Shown here one piece after another: positions 14,260-28,645 of a stretch of 64,000 bases of DNA. Position 1 is the first letter of the stretch. The number at the start of each line of letters is the position of its first letter. The stretch is taken from the NCBI GenBank assembly GCA_951406725.2, contig OX597826.1:35898001-35962000 (forward strand), written 5' to 3'. The notes below the pieces were generated by a model. The model ran no database searches. It had not been told where the DNA came from and saw nothing but the letters and a program-made list of their open reading frames with translations. Origin of the DNA: Octopus vulgaris (Eukaryota). Made by a program: the position numbers and the translations under genes.

Positions 14260-14809
14260 TTACCTAGTAAGTACCTTTATAAAAAGTACATACCTGAATT
14301 ACTAGTTGGGTTGCATTGTCTGCACACATAGAAGGAATACAAATCAGGTACAAAAACACGTGCATGGAGTCTTGATATTCAATATTCAATCAATGTTGCT
14401 TGGGTGTGTGGATTATACAGACCTAGCAAGGTGTCTCAGTTTAAGTACCTAATTCAACGGAATCTTAATTATATCTATGTGTGTGAGAGATTGTGTCTCA
14501 TCTTCACATCAACATGAATATTGTAAATGAAGGTCACCGTCATTGTACAAGAAGTGCACTTCATTTCCAAGCTTCCATGAAAACATGTTCAACTTTAGGA
14601 AGAAATTACCTTATTTGGAAGCAGCTGTGGGCTGGCAACAAATTCCATCCAACCCATGGAAAGTTGGAAGAGTGAACATTAGAACGATGACATCAATGAT
14701 GGTAGTGGTGAGACCTGCAAATTTGGTTAACTGTGGTCTTTCTCAAGAAATTCTTGCCCATTACATTCATAGGCAGGTGTATGGTCAACTGTGACCAAAG
14801 GAGGCCTTA

Positions 14810-15015
14810 ATGGAGCAGGCAGAAACGTTAGCATGCCGGGTGAAATGCATAGAGGATATTTCGTCTGCCATTATGCTCTGAGCTAAAATTCCGCTGAGGT
14901 TGACTTTGCCTTTTGTCCTTTCAGGGTCGTTTAAATAAGTACCAGTTATGCACTGGGGTTGATGTAATCAACTTAACCCCTTTGTCTGTCCTTGTTTGTC
15001 CCCTGTGGGCAATAA
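14810..15015 (+). mobile_element. SINE family C (tRNA-like head plus conserved core GACTTTGCCTTTCATCCTTTCGGGGTCGATAAA-type)
   Basis: Same core recurs near 6070-6200(-), 12960-13030, 21895-22097(-), 34830-34980, 45930-46070, 46160-46270, 62785-62890(-), 63238-63325(-). Confidence 0.8.
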
Positions 15016-16588
15016 AGACAAAAAATGGAGGCTTTAATATATCATGAAATCCTTATGTGGCCTGCAGTCTGAAGGGAAATTTTACAGGTACAGATACAGA
15101 GTAACCACTAAAATGGTGGGGCCTCAATTTGTTTTGTAAATAAAACGATTTAACAGAAATTGCTGAAGTAAGAATTAGATTTAAATTGATTAAACACCGT
15201 TGAAGAGATGTTGTGGTGTTTATGCATTCTTTAAATAGTATTAGTATTAATGCCATAAGCAACAAAGTGAAAGGACTACAATAAAAATTGAAAGTCCTGG
15301 TTGGTGCTGCTGTGGACTGGTTTAAATCAAGAAAGACGATGCCTAATTTTCCTTTACATTAAAACATTTTCATTGAAATCTGAGATTTTCTTAATGAAAT
15401 AATTAAAGAAAACGAGAGTGAGAGAGACTTGGGAATAAAAAGAAACCTGAGAGAAGAATAAGGGCAAGTGAGAAGCTAGGAGTAGGAAAGGAAGGGAGAA
15501 AGGGAAAGAATAGTGAAAGAAAACAAATGTAAAATGTGACAGAAGGAGAAGAAGTGAAGGTTAGATGGTGGGGGAACTGAAGGGGAAAAATGCAAATTAA
15601 TCATTTTGGCTGAAATGTTTTTCTTGTTATTGACCTTCATGATGAACTGAAACTAAATAAATATATATATTTTTAAAAATTGATATTACTTAAAAGATTT
15701 TAAAATTTCATCTCAGATGTTTCAAAAATTAAAAATCCTGATTTTAAACATTCTAAAATTCAGCCTTATAATTATTATTATTTTTCATTCTATTTCTTTT
15801 AAATTTTCTTTTCGCAATTTACTTTTAGGTGAAAAATTAGCAAAATATATGTAATAATGTATTTCTGAACAAATAATTTTTTTAAAATGTAGTAGAATTA
15901 AAATTTTTTGCGTTTCTTTTTTATTTTTGTTAATGGTTTGTATATGTTTAATTAATTTATATTAATTAAAATCTATAGAGAAATTTGCTACAATAACATT
16001 TGGATATAAATATTGATTTGTCTTGTTTCTTCTAGTTTCCTTTTATAATTAGTGTTTTTAATTTATTTTTATTTATTTACTTATTTTAATTTTTACTTTA
16101 ACCTTTTACTTTTGCTACATTTCATAGGCAGAATTCACCTCTCTCACTCTTCCCCTCTCTCTCCCTTTCACCCTTTCTCTCTTTCACCATTTCTCTCTTT
16201 CTCTCCCTTCTCTGAACTTTATTTTGTATTGAGCTTAAAATTGAAAAATATTGATTGAATAAATTTATATTAACATTCACCATGTAAGTAATAACACAAA
16301 AAAAGCAATCTAAAAAATATATTACTAATTTTAAAGTTATTCCAATATATTTAACCAATTAATTTTTACATATATTTGTTTATATTTGAGAGAAATATAT
16401 AGTTTAATAAAATATTGAAGGCAAATGTCATTTTTCTAATTCATATCCCAACAGTGATGTTATTATACAATTTAACAACTAACAACTTCTTTTTCCTCTG
16501 CATTTTTATAGAATGTAAATTCTTTGAAATTTTTAATATGTTAATATATATTAACAGTTTCATTCCAGCACCCACACCTTATACAGAC

Positions 16589-16628
<40 letters not shown>

Positions 16629-16633
16629 GTGTG

Positions 16634-16684
<51 letters not shown>

Positions 16685-16782
16685 ATATATACATATATTT
16701 ATATATAGATATATACATACGCGAGTCATGTAAGAGCCCATAAGTCAGGGAAAAAATGCACTTGTATATCTGTACATTTTTT

Positions 16783-16820
<38 letters not shown>

Positions 16821-16950
16821 CACTTACACACACATATATAAATATATATATATACACTTACACACACATATATATACACATATATTTACTGACATATATA
16901 TATATATATATATATACATTCACACATACATACATACATACATACATACA

Positions 16951-17004
<54 letters not shown>

Positions 17005-17039
17005 CCTATACCTATACCTATATGTGGCTATGACATTCA

Positions 17040-17300
17040 ACAGTGTCCAGCAGTGGGGGACTGGTTCAGGAGTTGCAGGGTTTGAGGGATGTGGAACCCC
17101 CTCTTTGCCAGACTTGTTCCCAGGTAGTCTCTGCCCTGGAATAGAAGCACCTGTCAGGCTCTCTGGTATGGGCTAAGTTGCACATGTGATGGCATTCCAT
17201 CCAAGCACAGGTATGCAGAAATAACCTTGGTTGGTGTCTCATAGTGTCCAGCAAATTCACCACGTGTGAGGAACTCATCTGTTGTCACACCATCCTTCTA
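17040..17300 (-). mobile_element. Highly decayed RTE-like LINE 3' fragment
   Basis: Minus translation *KDGVTTDEFLTR ... ETTWEQV resembles RTE WxDxVxNxEVLxR ... RPxxTW motifs. Confidence 0.35.
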
Positions 17301-17920
17301 AGAGAGATATAAAACCTATAAAACCTTTATTTTCCCATGCTTACTGGTCATCTTACTTTGGCCTGTCACAAGGTACTAATCACAGAGACTCAGTGTGTGG
17401 TACTCATTTTGTACAAACGTTTATCACAATAATCCAATGATATATAAATGTCTCTTTATGGTGACCTCATTTGTCCTTCCATCGACTGAAATTTCTTTGG
17501 CTATGGAAGAGTGAAAACCTAATGAGTTAGAAGCTTGCAGTAAGTTACAGATTTTGCCTGTGACCTGTGCTTCAAGCAACACAAACCTACAATGGGACTG
17601 GGTAGTCATTTGATAGGTCATGGATGGAAAGTCAGAAATGCCATTGACAATGATGAAGCAGTGAGAGATGACAATCATCTGTGAAGACAGAGCAATTGCC
17701 ATTTCCAATAATTGATACGTTAGTTCCCACAAGGAAATAGTCGACAGTAACTTCGAAGTATCAGCTTATCTGTGGTCATCAGACTTGGAAGCCAAAATTT
17801 TGAAGTCACTGTCAACATTCACCCTGTAAAAATTAACAAATATGTTCTCAACTAATAAGTAGTGAGTAATCCTTCAGTTTAAATGTTAAAGTGTTTTCAT
17901 ATGTATGAGTGTGTATATAT

Positions 17921-17988
<68 letters not shown>

Positions 17989-18339
17989 TGTTTGTGTATA
18001 TGTTTGCCTGCATGTATCAATTGAGTAAGACAGCTGCTTCAGATGTTCTTCGTTAAGGCTGAAACACTTAAATTACAAATAATTAAGCCAGAGAATCTTT
18101 TCACAAGGTCCCTTTCAATTAGCAAGTGGACCATAACAAAACTAGGTGTAGATGAACGGTTTCTTCGAGACATACCATCATATATGACTGTGCTTTATGA
18201 GAATTTAGAATTGACATTAAGTCTATTGAGGAATTTAATTCATTAAACTAAACACTAAAGTTTAGGATTGTGCATTCTGAAGAAAATTGTAAATATTTAT
18301 GATCTGTTAGTTATTGCAAAATCTCACAGAGAGGTGAAG

Positions 18340-19170
18340 GAAATGCTTAAAATCTTGTAGACTGGCTTAGAATGGAAAGTTTTAAAGAACGTGGTAAAGT
18401 TCAAAGTATTAATTAGTAACAGTGAGAATATACTACTAATTAGTAACAGAGAACATACACTTCTAATTAGTAACAGAGCACATACATTACTAATTAGTAC
18501 CAGAAAACAGATATTGGTAATTGGTGACAGAGAACAGCATTACTAATTAGCTACAGAGAACAATGCTCTGTAGGAAATGTCCTTGCTCAATAAATAACTG
18601 ATAGAAATAAATGAATGGTGTGTAGTCACCGAAAATAATAAGCAGACAAAAGGTACTGGATTAATAGACTGGAAACGAAGACTCTACAGTTCTACTAAAT
18701 ATACAGCAGTATTCAAGAAGTGGTGCAGCAAAATAGACTGTTGTCCAGTTAGTATGTAGATTGTAGTTTTTGTTACATAGTACACATTGTTAGTGCTGTG
18801 ACAGCTGTTAATAATAGTGTTGTAGATTGAGTGTGCAAAAGTGGGACAGATTTTCAAACTGTACTGCATCCGCATAAGGACAGGAATGAAATATGCTTAG
18901 GGAGTGCAAACACATGGGAAGCAAACAAACGGTGGATGTGAGATGAAGAGGTGGAAAGTACTGACAGGGGTGGAGGCTTGCCACGGTAAGGGAAGACTGC
19001 GAATTGGTAAGACATGGCAAGAATTCATAAAATGAGATAATGGCATGTGGATCTTTACTGATGAGATGAGAAAAGAGCAAAACAATACTGTATGGAATAT
19101 ATAAGTGTCTTAACATTGATGATGACACTGATGACTGCAGTGACAATGATGATGATGATGACGACGACGA
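18340..19170 (+). mobile_element. Decayed RTE-like LINE 3' region with (GAT)n tail
   Basis: Remnants GVEACHGKGRLR..KTWQEFIK*D resemble the RTE GRPRKTWxExVxxD motif; ends in gatgatgatgac. Confidence 0.45.
18409..18565. repeat. ~27-bp minisatellite, about 6 copies
   Basis: Recurrent ctaattagtaacagagaacatacact unit. Confidence 0.85.
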
Positions 19171-21074
19171 CTATGAAACCAAAATGATTGAAGCTAGTTT
19201 TCCACGAAGAAGCCGTATCTGTTTCTTCTATCAGCCATCATGATTAGTTTAATCAGAATTTGTGATTTTGATTCAACTTATCAAAGTAGGAGACTGAAGA
19301 AACAGCTTTTCCAGAGGCAAAGAGGGAAATGTTTGGTGAAATCATAGAATAATAAGAAGCTGCACATTTGTTTGTATATAATGCAGATAAAGAAATTGAA
19401 CCGATAAGTCGGGATCAATAACCCACAGGTCAGCAAGTCATGATATTTCCTTGCTAATAAACAGCATAAGTTCAGCTTTTGGGTTGGGTAACTTTCTTAT
19501 TTCAACATTTGTGTTTCTTATTTTTGTGGATGTAGACTTCCTGGTCATTTGTTTATGGTTGCTGCATTAGTTAGACAGCAGAGTCTGCAGACATTCCTAC
19601 TTTTGAAGATTTTCTTCCTTGTGAGAATTGTTAAAAATTATACTTGCAAAGGTACCAAAATTCAGCTAGTCTGTGGCACAAGCAAAGCCAAGATCAGGAC
19701 TGCAGAGAAGTATAGGGAATGAAATATTAATGAGACATGTTGGAAAGTGAATATATAGTTGTGTGTAAACAGAGGCTATGTAGAAGGAGTTCTTAACGAA
19801 AAGCTTGAGTTGACTGCATTACCATGTGGTCAACAATTCATAACTATTAAGGGCTAAGTTTACCTTGTAAATAGTCAGCATTTGTTATAAACTTTTCCAT
19901 TGTACACTCTGTTATAATTTTGTTATTGATGAGTATCTTGTTGGTCTGCTATGTTAAGTTCAATCCTTATTGCTGGTGAAACAACATTCCTTTAATAGCA
20001 TCATATCCAGGGAGAGGTTTATCTCGCATCTACTCGACTTGAGGAATTGGGGATTTGCACATCAGCTTTATGGATGTTTGTTATTTGATTTTTTAAAGAA
20101 TTAGAAAACATAAATTAGGAACGATGGAATGGAGTAAGAAGATTAGTGAAAGGAGACAGATCAGAAAGAAATGCAAACTGTAAGAGGTGTGAAGACAAAA
20201 CACAGTTGCTGGTGGTAGTGGTGGTGATGGGGGGGGACATGTGGTGTACGTTGTATGGGGTGGTGCAGTATGGAATGGTGTACATAATTCACATGTAGTT
20301 CGAAGAAAACAGTTGCGGATGAGGAATTCAATATAGATGTTACATTAGACATGGAGTTCTAACTCACAAAAAGCGGAAAGACAGAGATCATTAATTGAAG
20401 AAATAAACTCCTATTAAACTAAACTAATTCATCTTGTATTCCCATTAAGGATGTTATGTTCTTGAATTCTTTATTGGTACATAGTTTCCCATTATGGGTG
20501 TCAACTAAAATCTAATTTATTTTGGCACATTCCTGAAAATTCCTGCAAAATTATTCAATTAATGTATCAATAATTGGAATTTGATAATGATTGGTAATTA
20601 GAAAGCAGAAGAGAAAATGTTAACAGGGATAAAATAAAAAATATAAAATCAAAAACAAAAAAAATATGAAAAATAAACGATAAAAATTATAAATCAATGA
20701 TGAACGTGTAGGAAACCTATGTAAATGGTAAAAAAAAGCAAAATTGAATAATTTTTTTTCCATTGAAATTAGAATGACTAATATTTATTGGAAATATCAG
20801 GTGAGGTCAATACATAATTATAGGAGATAAGTGTGGAAAATGATAGGAATCCACAAAACTCAGGATGGTATTCAGAGAAAGCAGGGTAATTGAAAAGGAA
20901 AAAGAAAAAAAGAGAGAAAATAAGAAAAATAACAGATTTCAGAACTTACAGGTTGGTAGAAACTTAAATAATGAGATGCTTGTTATGTATATCTATATGA
21001 GTGTGAGAATGCATATGTGCATATATATTAATATACATACATATATGTATATATAGCTGCATATATATTACACA

Positions 21075-21116
<42 letters not shown>

Positions 21117-21139
21117 TATATGTGTATATATATTATTTT

Positions 21140-21470
21140 TCTTTTATTCTTTTACTTGTTTCAGTCATTTGACTATGGCCATGCTGGGGCACAACCTTTA
21201 GTCAAGCAAATCGACCCCAGGACTTCTTCTTTGTAAGCTTAGCACTTATTCTCCTGGTCTCTTTTGCTGAGCTGCTAAGTTACAGGGATGTAAACACACC
21301 AGCATTGGTTTTCAAGTGATGATGGGGGGACAAACAGACACACAAACCTATACACACACACACATATATATATATATGTATATATATATATGATGGGCTT
21401 CTTTCAGTTTTTGTCTACCAAATCCACTCACAAGGCTTTGGTTGGCCCAAGGCTGATACTTGCCCAAGGT
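21140..21470 (-). mobile_element. SINE family A, 5'-truncated
   Basis: Reverse complement of the 22497-22885 copy (ccagcatggcc..agtcaaatgactgaaacaagtaaaag tail). Confidence 0.85.
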
Positions 21471-21599
21471 ACCATACACATATACATATACACACACATA
21501 CACATATTTATATGTAAATTCATATAATCACACAAACATATGTACATTGACACACAAACACACATGTATGTGTGTGTATATATATATATATATATACTT

Positions 21600-21842
21600 T
21601 TGCGCTTTTGTACATGATCAAGAATTTTACATACATATTTATTTTGAGATGCTCTGTGTTTCTTTTGGTTAATTTCAAATATAACAAAGAATTTATTAGA
21701 ATAACTTTGTTATCATTAAGCTTGAGTTAAGAACATAAATTGTGACTAAAATTTGGTGGCAGATTTTGATTCTGAACTTTTGAAACAAGATATTTGTACT
21801 GCAGTGCCAGAGCCGGTTTCAGCCAGGTTGGTATTGAAAGGG
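21600..21842. mobile_element. piggyBac-like non-autonomous element end
   Basis: Ends in agccggtttcagccaggttggtattgaaaggg, a degenerate ...AGGG/TTAA-type terminus. Confidence 0.35.
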
Positions 21843-21894
21843 ATACATATTCAATACCTCTAGAAATAGAATATATAATATCCTTTATTACTCC

Positions 21895-22097
21895 CTGTAC
21901 AAGGCCCGAAATTTTTTGGGAGGGGGCCAGTTGATTAGATTGACTGAAATATGCAACTGATACCTAATTTATCGACCCTGGAAGGATGAAAGGCAAAGTC
22001 AACCTCAGCAGAATTTGATCTCAAAACTTATAGGTAGACGAAATACAGTTGAGTATTTTGCCTGGTGTGCTAACGTTTCTGCCAGCTCACCGCCTTA
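21895..22097 (-). mobile_element. SINE family C
   Basis: Reverse complement of the 14810 family (tttatcgaccctggaaggatgaaaggcaaagtcaacctc). Confidence 0.85.
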
Positions 22098-22496
22098 GAA
22101 TATATAATATTAATTCATATATTTATATTAGTTTAATATTGACTAGTTTACAGAGTCACTATTGGTATTGTTGATGTTGCTACAGTTGTATCAGCATGTG
22201 TACAATTCTCCACAAGTGTTGCTAATCAGGTGTTGCTATACAGATGTTGCTAAAGGCAAGATGTCTTGTGATATTTGTTGTTCCTGTTTTACATGCTATG
22301 AGGCCTTGGTTGGTAGACATAATCTGCTCTTTGGTTTAATACCCAACTGGTCCTCTTGAGTACCCCTAATAGAGTCTACTCTCTTCCATATATTCAGATT
22401 CAGTCTTTGGTTTGAAAATAATGTCCTCATTTCATTCCGCCAGTCATGGGTCATTAGCATTGACATTTCTCTTATGATGAAGCATTAAAAAAATAT

Positions 22497-22885
22497 AGGA
22501 GTGGCTGTGTGGTAAGTAGCTTGCTTACCAACCACATGGTTCCGATTTCAGTCCCACTGCATGATACCTTGGGTAAGTGTCTTCTACTATAACCTTGGGC
22601 TGACCAAAGCCTTGTGAGTGGATTTAGTAGACAGAAACTGAAAGAAGCTTGTCATGTATATATATATATGTGTGTGTTGTGTGTGTTTGTTCTACCCACC
22701 ACTGTTGCTTGACAACCGATGTTGGTGTCTTTAGATCTCTGTAACTTAGCGGTTCAGCAAAAGAGACCAATTGGATAAGTACTAGGCTTACAAAGAATAA
22801 GTCCAGGAGTCGATTTACTCAACTAAAGGGCAATGCTCCAGCATGGCCACAGTCAAATGACTGAAACAAGTAAGAGAATGAAAGA
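22497..22885 (+). mobile_element. SINE family A, full length (tRNA-derived head, internal TA/TG tract)
   Basis: A-box-like TGGCTGTGTGG and a degenerate B-box; more than 10 homologous pieces in the window. Confidence 0.9.
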
Positions 22886-23089
22886 CTATTATGAGAAGCA
22901 TGGATGAGTGGTTAAGAATTTTTCTTCCCAACCACATGGTTTGAAGTTCAATCCCACTTGGCAAGTGCTCTCTACAATAAGTCTAAGCCAACCAATGCCT
23001 TGTGAGTGTAAACTGGTGCCATGTACAGAGCACCTGTTCTGGTGACTTTGGAAAAAGTACCTGTTCTGCTGTGACCCATAAAGCACCCA

Positions 23090-23300
23090 TGCTAATGCCT
23101 CATAGATAGCACTGGTGATGATGCCATATGCAAAAGCACCCAGTACACACTGCAAAGTGGTTGGTGTTAGGAAGGGCATCCACCTGTAGAAACAACTGGA
23201 GCCTGATGCAGCTCTCTGGCTTAGCAGCTTCTCTTGAGCCATCCAACCCATGCCAACATAGAAAACGGATGTTAAAGGATGACAATGATGATGATGATAG
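23090..23300 (+). mobile_element. SINE family B (RTE-type 3' tail ending in (GAT)n)
   Basis: ggttggtgttaggaagggcatcca...ccaacccatgccaacatagaaaacggatgttaaa followed by gatgat. Confidence 0.8.
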
Positions 23301-24457
23301 TGGTGGTGGTAGTGGTGTTGGTGGTGGTGGTGGTGGTGGTGGTAATGTACTAAATGCTTATGGAATGTGAATTAGTAGCTCCACTTCTCTGAAGCTACCA
23401 AATTTATTTACTCTGTATTCAAATATATTGGCTGTTTTTCTTTGGCATTGGTCAAGCAATGTTGACATCTCTGAAGAGACTCCAATAAGAGCAGAAAATT
23501 GATTAAGGTTGTTCATCATTTTTCCAATCTATGGAGAAATGTTTAAATTTGCCATGTTTGTGTGTCTGCTATGCAGGTTTTCATATTATATGGCATTATA
23601 CAATACTTGTACCAGCATCATTCAAGCAGTGTTTTTTTTTTTATTTTGTTTCTAATCTGCTGTGCTTATTTGTCCAGCCAAGGAAAAATATTACCTTGTT
23701 GGGAAATAGGTGACGTTTAGCAACTGGAAAGACATCCAGCCATTGAAAATCATGAATTCTGTCTGACCCATGCAATCATTGAAAAGTGAACGTAGAAATG
23801 ATGATGGTGATGTTGATATTTGATAGCTAAACCTTATTTTGAGAACAACAGTGATAGAATAGAGATAAAAATACTATTTGGAAAAGTTTCTGGAATAAAT
23901 GTGAAAATATAATGGTGCTCAGGTATTTATGGCAATGAAAAAACTTTTACATGACATGTAAACCATGTTAATATAAAATTTTAAAATCTATCTGATTATA
24001 TTTGAATGAAGTTCCAATTAGTAGCATCAAGAAAAACAGAGATGGTCACTTACAGAATATGCACTCAAATCAAGTCCAGATATTCTCTGACTGTTTAACA
24101 TTGATCCTAGAGAAGAGCTAAACCTGTGATCAAAGGTATTGAGGCTTTGATCCTTATGTTCTTCTGTATGAATTATAGAAATATGATCCTTAGAAGACCT
24201 ATGATCACATACATTCCAGCCAAAGCCATCCCAGTTTTATTTTGAGGTACGACGTATCAAGGATCTCATTATCCAGTATGCCCTTAACATTTTAAAATCT
24301 TCTGTGTTACTTAATGGAGATTTCGCTGTTATTTTTAGCATATTCAGTAACCACTTAGAGACAATCTTGTTGGCATGTACAGGTATGTTTTTGCTTGTAT
24401 GTAAAATATTCTATTCTCCATTTGCCCTTTGTTATCCTGGCTGTCAGGACAGGACGG

Positions 24458-24700
24458 CAGATCAATTGTGTATCTGACCTATGATAGACACCAGATCAAT
24501 AGGATATCTGACCTGTGATAGACATCAGTCAATAGACACCAATCAATAGCAGCTAATCAATAGATATCAGATCAATTGACACTAGATCAATACAATTTCT
24601 GACCTGCTATAGACACCAATCAATAAACACCAGATCAATAAACACCAAACAATAGATATCAAATTAACAAGATACCAGATCAGCAAGATATCTTACCTGC
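24458..24700. repeat. Degenerate ~15-bp minisatellite (gatcaatagacacca)
   Basis: Repeated atcaatagacaccag units. Confidence 0.75.
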
Positions 24701-25534
24701 AACAAAAGGCCAGCATCTTATCCAGGAGCAAATTATCTCTCATCCTTTAAAATGATAAAAACCTGGCCTAAACAGTGCACGGGAAGTTGATTTTCTATGT
24801 TAAAAGTATGTATTTGACAAGGCATCATCATCATCATTTAACATTCGCTTATAATTTTATAGATAATAAATTGCATATATATTAAATGAATAATTAATTT
24901 TGATAAAATATAATTTCATCAATTATATTTATTATAAAAATATTTTATTAAATATAATTTTTATTAAAAAATATAATTACATAATACATAATTTGTCAAT
25001 AAAAAACACAATTTTATCTTATATAATTATTATTATTAAAATAACATTTTATCCAGGAGAAGTGAGGAGTAGTGACTTGGCCACCTCTGCTGACCCACCA
25101 ATGGGAGGGTGTTACGGATCAGGGTTGAAACACCCAGTGAACGTTGGCTACCATCTAACAACATCAGTTCCTCCATGCCAAGGCTCCCTTCATTTTGGTG
25201 AATGGAAAAAGCACCTCCTTATAGATGTTATTAACATATTCATAGATTTTATGAATATATTTTTATTAGAGTTTTTAATTATAGTTTTTTGTTACTGAGC
25301 TTTTATTAATAATATTAATTATTACAATCAATTTTTAGTGATATATTTAATTATTAGAATTAACTAATAAAATATAAATATTCAAAAAAATCTCCAGCAT
25401 AATTTTAAAAAAGGTGGACTTGGAATTAGTAGCCCCATTGTAACTTTTTATTTTTCATTATTTAAAAATATTCTTTGGATTTCTGTTTTGAGCCTAATTG
25501 GAATAATTTTAAATACATTTGACTTTGTAGCATT

Positions 25535-25900
25535 GCATGTGAGCTGTGTGGTAAGAAGTTTGCTTTACCACCAAGTGGTTTCAGCTTCATTTCAATTGTA
25601 TTGCTCCTTGAACAAGTGTCTTCTACTAAAGCCATGGACCAACAAAGGTTTTGTGAGTGGAATTGGGAGATGGAAACTGAAAGAATCCTGTTGTATGTAT
25701 GTATGTATTTATGTGTATGTATATGATGAGTTTCTTGTATATGAATGGGCTTCTTTCCATTTCTACTTATTAAATTCACTCCCAAGGCTGTTGTTGACCT
25801 TGGGCTACAGACGAAGATGCTTGTCAAAGGGGCTACACAGTGGGACTTGAACTCAAGCCCATATGGTTGAGAAGCCAGCTTCTTTACCACACAGCCACAT
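25535..25900. mobile_element. Two SINE family A 5' halves in inverted (tail-to-tail) orientation
   Basis: gctgtgtggtaagaag...ggaaactgaaagaa (25535-25690) and the reverse-complement copy ttctttccatttcta...ttaccacacagcc (25745-25900). Confidence 0.8.
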
Positions 25901-26007
25901 CAGTTCCTATGCTTTCTGAATACATAGTATCTGTGTGTGTTTTTTTTTTATGAAATATATTTTCAAAGCTGTATATATGAGTATATTTGGCAGTGCAAAT
26001 TTTAATC

Positions 26008-26085
26008 CTAAAATATGAGTATTTTATTAAAATATGGCTGTATTATAAAAATATGGTTATTTTATTAAAATATGGTTATTTTATC
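26008..26085. repeat. ~19-bp tandem repeat x4
   Basis: aaaatatggttattttatt units. Confidence 0.8.
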
Positions 26086-26607
26086 AAGCAAAATCCCAAC
26101 AGCTGAGTAATTATCATGTCATAATAATGGTCTGGAATATTAGAAGAATTTTTAAGTTGCCTTCAGGAAAAGCTTTTCAATTATATTATGGTAACACAGC
26201 TGGTCAGATTAATTTCAAGCATGCTTGTAGATTAAAGTCTTAATGGATTCCAATTGATTACCTGCAATATACAGAGTCTGTGGCAGTCATTAAATGCAAA
26301 ATGGTACCAAAAACTCATATATAGTGGTGGATAGATTTTAGAATTTTAGTTCACTGATGTAAGTGACAGGAGAATGTATCATGTGAAATGTGTTAACTTT
26401 AAGTTGTAGTAATGTGTTCACATAATCTCTGGTTGGGGTGGAGTTCTTTGATAATCCTTAATCTTTTATCAGTTTTTACTTATTTCAGTCATCAAACCAT
26501 GACCATGCTGGGATACTACGTTGAAGATTTTTTTAGTTGAATTCAAACTGTAAAGTCAGAAAAAACGCTGTTAAACAATTTTTGCAATTCAGTAATAATA
26601 GAATTAA

Positions 26608-26860
26608 AGGTAAAGATACCTTCCCGAGTCATACAGATTCATAGGGCCAGGTTCCAGGTTTCCATGGCATGTATATTCCCCACCTGGATGAGATACCAGG
26701 CCATCGTACAGTTGCTCCTTTTTATCAGCTGAGTGGACTGGAGCAATGTGAAATGAAGTGTTTTGCTCAAGAACACAATGTATTGCCTGGTCCAGGAATT
26801 GAAATCATCATCTTTCAATAATGAGTCCAAAACTGTAACCACTAAGCCATTTGCCTCCAC
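26608..26860 (-). mobile_element. SINE family D (CORE/V-like central domain); related copies at ~30533-30658 and ~47400-47655
   Basis: gctgagtggactggagcaatgtgaaatgaagtgttttgctcaagaacacaa shared among the three loci. Confidence 0.75.
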
Positions 26861-26893
26861 AGCTCAGCAATAATACTGAAAAATATTAGTATT

Positions 26894-26932
<39 letters not shown>

Positions 26933-28600
26933 TATGGCAATGAATTGAGACAAACAATGAAATATTGGTCAAAAGCTCTTCTCTACAGTTATCAGCAATT
27001 TATGATCTGAGTTCAAACATCTCCGAGATGGACTTGGTATTTCTTCCTTCTAACGAAGCATCATTCTAAAACAAAAAATTGATAGAATACTAGAAACTTG
27101 AACCAAAATGCTTTTATAATATTTGTCATAGCTCCATATTTTCTGATTGTCCAGCAAGATTCCCTTCGGTTTATTGTTGTGGGTGTGCACACATATTTGA
27201 TGGTAGTTGTGGTGATGTGCAAGTGCTCAGCTTAGAGGGAAAATTGTGGCGTTTGGTAAGGCTGAAAACTTTTCTGTACATTACTGCCAAGCTGGCACTT
27301 ATAAAAGAAAATATACAAAAAGCTATCTGGAAACCAGTTTTGAAATTAGCAGGAAAATGCCTCAAGAAGCAGAATTTCTCAATATACAAGCAGAATTTTG
27401 ACCAATATTTTATTGTTTTTATCAATTCATTGCCTTATTACACACAGACACACACACACAAACACACACAGGTGCACACACATGCATGCACGCACACACA
27501 CACGCTACATAAATACAAATATTTTTCAGTATTATTACTACCTTGATTGTGTAAAAGGCATGTGAAAAGTCCAAAGAATAAAGGTAGTGAATTCAAAAAA
27601 AAGAACCACTTTTTGCTGACAGAATATATTTGCTGATAACATGATACTATTCAATGTTTTAATTTGGAAAAGAGATATTTAGAAATGTCACAACTGCCAA
27701 GTCTGTGGAATGTTCGTGATATATACTATGATCATGAGAGTAGGTATATTGGATGCTTGAAAACAGGAATATTCATCTTGAAACAGATGTAGGGCTTCTA
27801 CATACCACATAACTAGTAACATGATAATATATACAAACAATATACACACATAAAAACGCAACCAGATACCCTCTATACATACATATATGTATGCATGCAC
27901 ACACACATACACATGTATACTGTAATCAATGTATATTAATTTATATATTCAGTGAGAATACAAAAGATATATACATGTGTGTGTGTGTGTGTGTGTATGT
28001 GTGCATACATGCAAACTTTGACAAAAACGGGATCTGTAAAACCACAGATTCTTTTTTTTATAAAAAGATTAAAGCGTAAATAACTACAAACTTAGTTGGA
28101 TTACAGAGATACCAGTTGCCTGGAGAGTCGGATATTGAATCAACAATCATGAGATAAATGTAAAAGATATCTGCAAACAAATGTTTGTAATAGATATGTT
28201 TACATAAATATCTTTAGATTGCAAACTAAAGACAGAGCTTAAAGAATCCTAAAATCTTCTGTCTCTCTCTCTCTCTGTCTCTCTCTCTCTCTCTCTCAAT
28301 ATTTGGAATCTATAATTCCACCAACAGAATTATTTTCCATTGAACTCAATGATGTAATAATTCAATAAATACTTATGGAAAGAAGGAAGGAAGGGAAACT
28401 ATGTCCATGTATGTGATTGTAATGGAATAATATGAACACACACAGACATACACACACACACACATGTTTATATATACAAATATATATCGAAAGAGAGAGA
28501 GTGTGACATGGGTAGACATACTTACTAGCACATACACATAAAATAATCTTACACACATACATAGATTAATATCTTCCATAACATAAAATTATATATATAC

Positions 28601-28645
<45 letters not shown>

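Noticed and set aside
17766-17823. Minus-strand acceptor (ttaatttttacag) followed by VNVDSDFKILASKSDDHR*
   Set aside because: Too short, no homology recognised and no linked upstream coding exon
22497-22570. tRNA-like A/B boxes in SINE heads
   Set aside because: SINE promoters, not tRNA genes; no cloverleaf and continuous with the SINE body
24850-25410. Extremely AT-rich blocks (also 15650-16560) suggesting a NUMT
   Set aside because: No mitochondrial gene, tRNA or rRNA motif recognised; BLAST against mtDNA would be needed
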